From assembly GCF_009914755.1 (NCBI RefSeq), contig NC_060929.1: a stretch of DNA of 64,000 nt; one strand, given 5' to 3'. Positions within the stretch are counted from its first letter, which is position 1. Each line of letters opens with the position of its first letter. The position numbers and the translations under genes are program-made. Positions 46,600 through 64,000 of this stretch are shown here, in pieces. This DNA comes from the human T2T-CHM13v2.0 reference genome, Homo sapiens. A model generated the notes under the pieces. The model did no database searches. It was not told the origin of the DNA and saw only the letters and a program-made list of their open reading frames with translations.

Positions 46600-48745
46600 T
46601 ATGTAATATAATTTACTATATTGACCACTTTACAGTATATAATTATATAGTCCTAAGAGCATTCGATGTTGTGCAACCATCACCACCATCCATTTCCAGA
46701 ACATTTTATCATCTCAAAAACTCTGTGCTCATCATCTCAAACAAAAACTCTGTACTCATTAAACAATAACTCCTTATTCTCTTCTTACCCGCAGCCCCTG
46801 GTAACCACTATTTTAGATTCAGTCTCTATGAATCTGCCTATTTGTGGTACCTCATATAAGTGGAATCATACAATATTTGTCCTTTTGTGTCTAGTTTATT
46901 TCACTTAGCATAATGCTTATGAGGTTCATCCATGTTGTAGCATGTATTAGAATTTCAGTCCTTTTCATGGCTGAATAAATATTGCATTGTATATATTATA
47001 CCACATTTTGTTTATCCATTCATTTGCTGATGGATGCTTGGGTTATTTCTAACGTTTGGCGATTGAGAATAATGTTTCTATGAACAAGAGTATATACTGC
47101 CTGAATCCCTGCTTTTAATTGTTTTGAGTATAAACGCAGAAGTGGAATTAATAGATCATATGGTAATATACAATGTTAAACTTTTTGAGGAACAGCCAAA
47201 CTTTTCCACGGCTCCAGCACCATTTTACATTACCATCAACAATGCATGAGGGTTCCAAGGTCACCACATCTTGGTCAATACTTACTATTTTTTGTGGATT
47301 CTTTTTATCATAGTCATCCTTACAGGTATTGAATGGCAGCTCACTGTGGTTTTATTAGCATTTCCCTAATGACTAATGATGTTGAGCATATTTTCATGTG
47401 CTTATTGGCCATTTGTATATTTTCTTTGGCAAAACGTCTATTCAAGTCCTTTGCCATTTTTTAATTCAATTATTTTTTTCCTGTTGAGTTGTAGGAGTTA
47501 TTTATATATTCTGAGTATCAATCCCTTTTGAGATATATGATTTGCAAATATTTTCTATTTTATAGGTTGTCTTTTCACTCTGTTGATAGCTAATAAACAA
47601 AAGTTTTTAATTTGATGAAATCCAATTTATCTATTTTTTTACTTTTGTTACCTATGCTTTTGGTTTCAAATTCAAGAAGTCACTGTCATATCCAATGTCA
47701 CAAAGATTATCCCCTAGGTTTTCTTGTAAGTTTTATAGTTTTAGCTCTTAAATCTTTGATCCATTTGGAGTTCATTTCTGTACGTGGCATAATTCTTTTG
47801 TATGTGGCTATCCAGTTTTCCCAGCATCTTTTGTTGAAAAGACTCCTTTCCCTGTTGAATGGTCTTGGCACTTTTGTTGAAAATCAACTAAACTTATATG
47901 TGAGGGTTAACTTTTAGGATCTCCATTCTATTCCATTGGTCTATATACCTGTCCTTATGCCAGTAGCACAATGTTTTGATTACTGTAGCTTTGTAATAAG
48001 TTTTGAAATCAAGAAATGTGAAATCTACCAACACTGTTGTTTTTCAAGATTGTTTTATCTCTTTGGGGTCTCTTGAGATTCTTAATGTATTTTAAGATGG
48101 GTTTTTCTATTTCTGCAAAAAATATCAATTGGATTTTGATAGGGATTACATTCAATCTGTAGATAACTTTGAGTAGTAATGATATCCTAATAATATTAAG
48201 TCTTTCAATCCATGAGCATGGGAAGTGCTTTCATTTATATATGTCCTTAATTTCTATCAATAATGTTTTATACCTTATAGTGTACAAGGGAGTCTTTTGT
48301 CTCCCTAAATTTGTTCCTAAGTAATTTATTCTTTTTGGTGCTATTGTAAGTGGAATTGTTTTCTTAATTTTCTTTTCAGAGTGTTCATTGTTCGAATAAG
48401 TATATAGAAATGCAACTTATTTTTATGGGTTTTGTATTATGCAAATCTGCTTAATTTGCTTATTAGCTCTACCAGTTTTCTGTGGGATCTTTATGTTTTC
48501 TATGTACGAGAAGATCATGTCATCTGCAAACAGAGATAATTTTATTTCCTCTTTTCCAATCTTGAAGTCTTTTGTATTTTTCTTGCCTGATTGCTCTGGC
48601 TAAAACTCTCAGTAGCATGTTGAACAGAAGTAGGGAAAGTGGGTCTTATTGTCTTTTTCCTAATCTTAGAGAAATACTTTCAGTCTTCCACCACTTAGTG
48701 TGATGTTGGCTATGGGTTTGTCATAGATATCCTTTATCATCTTGA
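46600..48745 (-). mobile_element. L1M (L1MB-like) 3' ORF2 / 3'UTR fragment
   Basis: Antisense L1 text: ttgattactgtagctttgtaataagttttgaaatc, atcatgtcatctgcaaacagagataat, gttcatccatgttgtagcatg. Confidence 0.9.
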
Positions 48746-49004
48746 ACTACAGAGCTTTTTAACTATGGTATGTTATAGTTCTCCTAATAAGTGAAAGAAA
48801 GAACCTTGAAAGTTGGAAATGGGATCTTTAGAAAGAGGTTACCAGTATTATAAAGAGATCAATAAAAGTCCTGACATGACAATGAGGATCCAGAATGTAC
48901 TGGCATTCTACACAAAGCTGGGAGATGTTGCATGACTATACTACACATGATCAAAAATTCTGGCTGCTGAAATCAGAACATACAGACATGTACACAACCC
49001 CTTC

Positions 49005-49690
49005 TGTCTTAGCTTGGGCTGCCATAACAAAGTATCATAGACTGGATGGATTAAAAAAAAAAAACAGATATATAGCTGGGAATGGTGGCTCATGCCTGTA
49101 ATCTCAGCACTTTGGGAGGCTGGGGCAGGAGGAACACTTGAGCCCAGAAGTCTGAGACCAGTCTGGGCAATGGGGCAAAATGCCATCTCTACTAAAAAAA
49201 TACAAAATATTAGTCAGGTGTGGTAGCACGTGCCTGTAGTTCCTCCTACTCAGCAGGCTAAGGCAGGAGGATCACCTGAGCCCAAGAAGTTGAGGCTGCA
49301 GTGAGCCAAGACTGCACCACTGTGCTCCAACCCAGGTGATGGGATTAAGACACTGTCTCAAACAAACAAAAAACCCCAGATATTTATTTTCTCACAGTTC
49401 TGGAAGCTACAAATCCAAGACCAAGGTGCAAGCATGGTTGGGTTCTGGTAAGGGCTCTCTTCCTGCTGGCAGACAGCTGTTTTCTCACTGTGTCCTCACA
49501 TGGTGGAGACAGAACAATCTTTCTCTTCCTCATCTTCTTAGGCCACTAATACCATCAGAGCACCCCACCCTCAAGATCTAATCTTACCTTAGATACCTCC
49601 CAAAGATCCTATCTCCAAATACTGTCACACTGGGAATTAGGGCTTCAATATATGAGTTCGGGTAATGACACAAACATTCAGTCCCTAACA
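49005..49690 (-). mobile_element. MLT1A-like MaLR LTR containing an Alu (~49074-49373, +)
   Basis: tgtcttag...gggctgccataacaaagta...ctcacagttctggaagct...aaacattcagtccctaaca. Confidence 0.82.
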
Positions 49691-49767
49691 GCTTTTTTTC
49701 AGAAAAAACAATGATGAAAGCTTTAAGCAGTGCTTAAAGTAATGCAAGCAGTGTTACACATACTTAC

Positions 49768-49965
49768 AAAATTTGGAGACAAGTTATGCTTATAAAGCTG
49801 AAGTGTGGAATGAAGCAGATTGGAAACAAGACTGGAAACCAATACTTCCTTTCCCAATTTATTATCTGTCACTCGTCTCTGGCTACTGGCCACTTGAACA
49901 GTCCATTTATCCATGTCAGCTATAATACAGACAGCTTCTGCTATTGGTTCATCCAAAACTGGATG
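49768..49965 (-). CDS. FNIP1: FNIP1 third-from-last exon, [31 protein letters not shown]...[10 protein letters not shown]
   Basis: 198 nt (66 codons), ttccag|...|gtaagt, phase 0-0; FNIP C-terminal DENN region. Confidence 0.96.
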
Positions 49966-50285
49966 CTGGAAATAAAAGAATAATTCATCTTATGTTTAGC
50001 AAATGAAGTTTCCAAAGATAATGGTAATTCAGCAATGAAGGTTTACTAAACAAAAACAGAAAAAAAAATTAAACTTCAATATTTCAATATCTCCTTGACC
50101 AAGAAGAATAATTAACTCATTAACAAATACCCTGAGACATATTATAGATATCATCGTAGATTGAGACTTTGTATTCATTACAAGGACTTTGTATTATTTA
50201 GTCCAGAACTTAACTTTCAACAGTCTTTTGATCATTCATTAATTTGACAAATGTATTAAGTGTCTACTATGTGCCAGGCAATTGA

Positions 50286-50606
<321 letters not shown>

Positions 50607-50654
50607 TGAGACAAACATTTTAAAAACAGAACAGGACAGGACAGGACAGATGAC

Positions 50655-50960
50655 ATGGTTCACATCTATATAATCCCAGCACACTGGGAGGCTGAGGTGG
50701 GAGGACTGCTTAAGGCCAGGAGCTTGAGACTAGCCTGAGCAACATAGCCAGACCTCGTCTCTACAAAAAAATCTAAAAAATCAGCCAGGAATGGTGGCAT
50801 GCACCTGTGATCCCAGCTACTTAGGAGGCTGAGGTGGGATGATTGCTTGAACCCAAGAATTCAAGATTGCAGTGATCTAAAACTGTGCCACAGCCCTCCA
50901 GTGTGGGTCAAAGAGTAAGACCCTGTCTTAAAAAAAACACAAACAACAACAACAACAAAG
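50655..50960 (+). mobile_element. Alu (AluJ-like)
   Basis: Diverged dimer. Confidence 0.87.
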
Positions 50961-51221
50961 AAACAAGACTTATTCACACAAATAAGTCAATGGTAAGATT
51001 CTGTGCTAACTATCCCAATATGTCAGGCATTAATATCCCTCAGCACCAGAGAAGGTATTCCTTGATGTCATGAAGTGCTTTGCTGCCTACATGAATTAGA
51101 TTTTTCTGTTTGACTAAGACATCTGTCCAGAGTATGAATACAGCAGTTAAAAATGGGACACATCAAAATATACTAACAGGGTTCTCCAAGACACATTGTT
51201 AAGTGAAAAAAAAAAAATTCA

Positions 51222-51519
<298 letters not shown>

Positions 51520-51705
51520 TCACTATACATACAGTTATGTTTCTAAAAATTCAGATCTACATCTAAATGAAAGTGTATAGAAAAAAGAAAGAAAATACTC
51601 AAATCAAGTATGAAGTATTGAAGATCTCTGTGAAGCAAGAACGTTAAGAGTATGAAGGACTTCTACTTTTTACTCTGTATATCTTTATACTGTTTGAATT
51701 TTTAA

Positions 51706-52014
<309 letters not shown>

Positions 52015-53004
52015 TGAATTTTTATCACAAGCATTTACTTTCATTGTTAAAAATGTTAAGACAGTGAAAAATAATATTTTGACTCATATATACATAGTCA
52101 TGAAAGAGCCACAAGGCATATGGCTATGTCCTTACCTTCCCCCGGTTTACAAACAAAGACCAAAAATGACAATTAAGTACAGAGCATGTCTGCCAGAAAC
52201 AGATAGTGACCCTACCTTTAATATTTTTCTGTATTTGGAAAGGTAAGGATTTTTTTTTACTACTGGCCAAATGGAATAGCAGCAACAAGACTGAGATTAA
52301 AACTATAATATGAAATACTGAGACCAATGGCTTTTCCTCTCTAACTTTTAATGTTACTACAATTAGGATAAGGTACCACAATAAGGACAAAAGTTTACTC
52401 CTGGATAAGCCCAGGTTTGGCATCCTCAAATGATATTCCTTTGCCTAGTTAATGAACAACTACTCTGAATAAAGCTCTTTCCTGGAAACTAAAGAAACAA
52501 AGACAACAGAACTCATAGACTTGTGAGGGAGATCAAAATAAATACATCTAGCTTTAAAAAAAATGTGTTACTGATGAAGCAGAAACCAAGTGCTGGGAAG
52601 TAGAGGAGGGCAATCGTGGGATCTGTGTGATAGGGAGTTTCGCAGTGAAAGGGACACAGGACTATGACATTGAAGTGTATAGATAGGACTACTGGTGAAA
52701 AAAATGGGAGAAGAACATGGATAATTCGGTAAGAGTAAGAATCAGAAATAGAAGTAGATGCAAATGGCTACATTTGTGAGAAATGATATTGAGAAATAAG
52801 AAGAGAATGGCAAAGGAAAAGTCCAAAAATATACCTTGGGAAGATTTTCCATGGAGCCCCAAATTTATATTTGTTTTTTATAAAACAGTATTCAAATATT
52901 TATTCATCTCTTGCCAGGGATAAATCACTTTGTTATTCATCACTTAATTATGGAAATATAATTTTGGCAAAGATATATACATCTGTGATATTGTGAAATA
53001 TATT

Positions 53005-56257
<3,253 letters not shown>

Positions 56258-56875
56258 TGAAACCGCCTTTGCAAAAGTTATATTAGTGAGAACATTATAA
56301 CAGTGAACTAAGCTAACCCAAAACCCATTTTGGCCTTTCCCTTAATTATTCCTGGGGTATGGGGCCAAGCTAACTTCGGAAGACATTTAGGCTACAGCTT
56401 TTTGTTTTTTTTTAAGGTGTGCAATTTTATTCAACTGGTCTCAAGTCAGTGTACAGGTAAGCCCTGGCTGCCTCTACCCACTCCAAGGGTGACCAAAAGC
56501 CTTCATACATCTCAAGTTGGGGGACAAAAGGGGGGCCACAAAGGCTGATCATTCAAAGTAAAACAAAATAAAAAAGTATTAAGGTGAAGATTAAAAAATT
56601 TTGCATTATATAATTTACATGAAAGCAATGCTATCACCTTCCCTGTGTGGACTTGGGAGAGGACTGGGCCATTCTCCTTAGAGAGAAATGGGGTGGCTTT
56701 CAGGAGGGCAAGGGACTTCCTGTAGCAATGCATTTCACGATATTTGGAATGACTATTAGAAAAAAGAACAATGTACAATCAAAGTCCTCGGCCACATTGC
56801 AGAACTTTGGGGGATGCTTGCTCCAGCTGACTGCTGTCACCTTCACTGTCCCAGTTTTTAAATCCTGGGTCTAGC

Positions 56876-56913
<38 letters not shown>

Positions 56914-58718
56914 CCACCAAAAACAAAAAAACAAATAAAGCCATGCTAATCTCATCTTGTTTTCTGCACAAGTTAGGTTTTGTCAAGAAAGGGTGAAACG
57001 CGACTAAGTAACAGTCCGCCTAGAAGCATTTGCGATGGACGATGGAGAGGCCAGACTCATCATACTCCTGGCTTGCTGACCCACATCTGCTGGAAGGTGG
57101 ACAGCAAGGCCAGGATGGAGCTGCCCATCCACACCAGAGTGACGATCTTCTGCACCCTGTTCGCAATGCCAGGGTACATGTTGTTGCCGCCAAACAACAC
57201 TGTGTTGGTGTACAGGTCTTTGCGGATGTCCATGTCACATTTCATGATGGAGTTGAAGGTAGTTTTGTGGATGTCACAGGATTCCATGCTCAGGAAGGAA
57301 GGCTGGAAGAGCGCCTCAGGGCAGCAGGATAGCTCATTGCCAATGGTGATGACCTGGCCATCGGACAGCTCATAGCTCTTCTCCAGGGAGGAGCTGGAGG
57401 CCGCTGTGGCCATCTCCTGCTCAAAGTCCAGGGTGACATAGTATAGCTTCTCCTTGATGTCACACACGATTTCCCGCTCGGCCATGGTGGTAAAGCTGTA
57501 GCTGTGCTCGGTGAGGATCTTCATGAGGTAGTTAGTAAGGTCCCGGCCAGCCACGTCCAGACACAGGATGGCACGGGGGAGGGCGTAACCCTCGTAGATG
57601 GGCACTGTGTGGGTGACTCCATCGCTGGAGTCCATCACAATGCCAGTGGTACAGCCATAGGTGTACAGGGACAACATGGCCTGGATGGCCATATACACGG
57701 CTGGGGTGTTGAAGGTCTCAAACATGATCTGAGTCATCTTCTTGTGGTTGGCCTTGGATTCAGGGGGACCTCAGTCAGCAGCATACGGTGCTCCTTGGGA
57801 GCCACATGCAGCTCATTGTAGAAGGTGTGGTGCCAGATCTTCTCCATGTCATCCCAGTTGGTGATGATGCCATGCTCCATGGGGTACTTCAGGGTCATGA
57901 TACCTCTCTTGCTCTGGGCCTTGTTGCTCACATAGAAGTCCTTCCGACCCATGCCCATCATCACACCCTGGTGCCTCGGGTGCCCCATTATGGAGGGGAA
58001 GACGGCCCGGGGGCATCGTTGCCCGTGAAGCAGACCTTCCACATGCCAGAGCCATTGTCGACGACAAGCACAGCAATATCATTATCCATGGTGAACTGGT
58101 GGCAGGTGTGGATGGGCGGCAGAGTGGTGAGGGTGAGGCTCTGTGCTTGCAGGGTGGACACAGTCTTGGTGGTCCAGGCTACAGTTTAAATGATAATAGG
58201 CCTTGCCCAAAACTCAACTGCTTTTGTAAAGCTAAAAGGAAGCCATCAGGCTGAAAGTAGGAGAGGAGTTTGAGTTCTGCTAAGGCACAGACATTATTCT
58301 GGAGATTATAAGAAATGAAACTTTCCCAACTGCAAATAACACCACTATTGTGCACTGGCATTTTGAGATATCTTTCCAGGTTTTTTGCATGTCTGACACC
58401 CTTGGCTCCACCTGGACTGACAACCCACTCCTGTAGCCCCATCCAGAAGCGATTTGGCCCCAGTAGGATAGCTTCAACCCCCTATGATGTTATTTCTGCC
58501 CCAACAAATCAGCCGTAAGCACCTGTTACCTGGCCACCGCACCCCTTTCCCCAAACTGCCTTTTAAAAATCCCTAACCTACAAGCTTTGAAGGAGATGAT
58601 TTGAGTATGAACTCCATCTCCCATGTGGGGTGGCTGGCCTTGTGTCTATTGAACTTTTTCTCTACTACAATACCATAGTCTTTATGCAGTGGGCAGGAAG
58701 AACCCCTGGGCAGTTACA
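56258..58718 (+). mobile_element. ERV1 5' LTR (LTR8/LTR35/MER72-like, MER4 group), split by the ACTB retrocopy
   Basis: Begins TGAAACCGCCTTTGCAAAA, ends GGGCAGTTACA; the halves 56258-56400 and 58176-58718 are contiguous once the insert is removed. Confidence 0.85.
56399..58175 (-). pseudogene. ACTBP4: Full-length processed beta-actin pseudogene (probably ACTBP4)
   Basis: Intronless; 5'UTR from the cap site, ATG 58087-58089 ([16 protein letters not shown]), TAG 57020-57022, ACTB-specific 3'UTR, AATAAA 56426-56431, polyA, TSD aggctacag; frameshifts and ~57-nt deletion. Pseudogene number is from memory of the locus. Confidence 0.93.
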
Positions 58719-62363
<3,645 letters not shown>

Positions 62364-62365
<2 letters not shown>

Positions 62366-62631
62366 TGGGAGGCCGAGGTGGGAGGATCACTTGAGGCTCC
62401 AGAGTTCGAGACCAGCCTGGATAATACAGCGAGACCCCATCTTCACAAAAAATAAACACATTAGCCAGGCATGCTGGCATGTGCCTACAGTCCCAGCTAC
62501 TGGGCAAGCTGAGATGGGAGATTGCTTGAGCCCAGGAGTTCAAGGCTCCAGTAAGCCATGTTCGTGCCACTGCACTCTAACCTGGATGACAGAGCAAGAC
62601 CCTGTCTCAAAAAAAAAAAAAAAAAAAAAAA
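62364..62631 (+). mobile_element. 5'-truncated Alu (AluJ-like)
   Basis: Starts at tttgggaggccgagg; polyA tail; no TSD found. Confidence 0.88.
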
Positions 62632-62779
62632 GAGCAATAGGAGAATGGTGAGAAACATAAACTATGACAAAACCATGCAATAATCCATATACATTAAAAA
62701 TAATGTTTACACACTATGTTAGTATGGGGAAATATTCTTACATTAACTATTATGTAACAAAAGCAGAATTTAAAACAGA

Positions 62780-63050
62780 TAATATAAAATCATAAAGAGT
62801 ATAAAAATATGGGTATATATAAATACATATACATGCATATATTTTATATATAAGGACTCAGCTATATAAAAATATATACTTATATATAAAAAGATATGCT
62901 TGTGTATATCTGTGTATTTATATATAAAATGATATGATTGTGTATTTATCTGTGTAAATATTGTGTATTTACACAGATGTACACAAGCATATCTTTTTAT
63001 ATATAAGGCTTCAGACATATATATGATATATAAATACACATACATACAGA
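62780..63050. repeat. AT-rich low-complexity block containing a long inverted repeat
   Basis: 38-bp arms at 62879-62916 and 62970-63007. Confidence 0.85.
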
Positions 63051-63570
63051 ATAATAATCATAACAAGAAGATGCAAAGCACAGTGTGACTAATATCACCA
63101 CACAGTGTAAGTCTGGTAAACAAACATCAGTATTACTTTCATTATAGCCAAAGAAACTGAGGCTTTCCTAGAGTAAGTATTCTGTCTTATGATATACCGG
63201 CAATAAGTGGCCAATTCTGGGTTTTATGAGAAGCCACAATGCTGCCTAATGCCTGGAGGAAGTTTCTGTATAAGAATAGCTGATGGTAGAGTTAGGAAAA
63301 TTTGTGTTTGGCTTTCTTCACATTTCAACATTTTGTATAATAAATATATATTAAGAAAAATGCTACTTTATTAAAAATCAGGGAGAAAAAGAAAAGACAC
63401 TCTCCTCTTATAATTCAGAAGACTGTATTTTTTTAAAGTATCACTTCCATTATTTATATATTAAAAGGTTCCTACATGTTTTTCCATGTAGTCACATAAA
63501 AAAATTTCATGTTAAATATGATAAACTTTAAGTATGCAAGGATTAAAAAATATATATATATATAGATAGG

Positions 63571-63864
<294 letters not shown>

Positions 63865-63875
63865 TAAAATAATAT

Positions 63876-64000
63876 TTTTTTTTTTTTTTTTTTTTGAGAC
63901 GGAGTCTCGCTCTGTCACCCAGGCTGGAGTGCAGTGGCGTGATCTCACCTCACTGCAAGCTCCGCCTCCTGGGTTCAGGCCATTCTCCTGCCTCAGCCTC
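63876..64000 (-). mobile_element. Alu (AluY-like), runs off the window
   Basis: cactgcaagctccgcctcc...ccattctcc diagnostics. Confidence 0.9.

Noticed and set aside
57060-57737. 225-aa actin ORF as a functional gene
   Set aside because: Part of an intronless retrocopy with upstream and downstream frameshifts, a 19-residue deletion and many CpG-decay substitutions.

Overview
Primate (human-like) euchromatic DNA, not microbial. Two genes lie in tandem on the minus strand. One is the 3' end of FNIP1: last three coding exons at 49768-49965, 45053-45168 and 42647-42725, then a ~3 kb 3'UTR ending near 39670. The other, ~6.5 kb downstream, is the CpG-island promoter and first three coding exons of RAPGEF6 (32918-32986, 2574-2644, 1222-1278). 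Exon boundaries and phases were checked by hand and join into the protein sequences I recognise. The rest is mostly interspersed repeats: more than 40 Alu copies, a full-length Tigger1, a Tigger2, an ERVL (HERV16-like) remnant, MaLR LTRs, MERs, L1, L2 and MIR. There is also a nested stack in which a full-length processed ACTB pseudogene sits inside an ERV1 LTR that sits inside Tigger2. I found no evidence of a novel multi-gene system. The best leads are small-scale: a cluster of MiT/TFE-type E-boxes made by serial duplication of a MIR between the two genes, a 22-bp inverted repeat enclosing a candidate splice donor in RAPGEF6 intron 1, a possible ACTB-derived terminal exon in FNIP1, an extended let-7 site, a RAPGEF6 uORF, and several template-switch hairpins or inversions. 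Repeat family names come from remembered consensus sequences and repeat boundaries are approximate; no database search was run.
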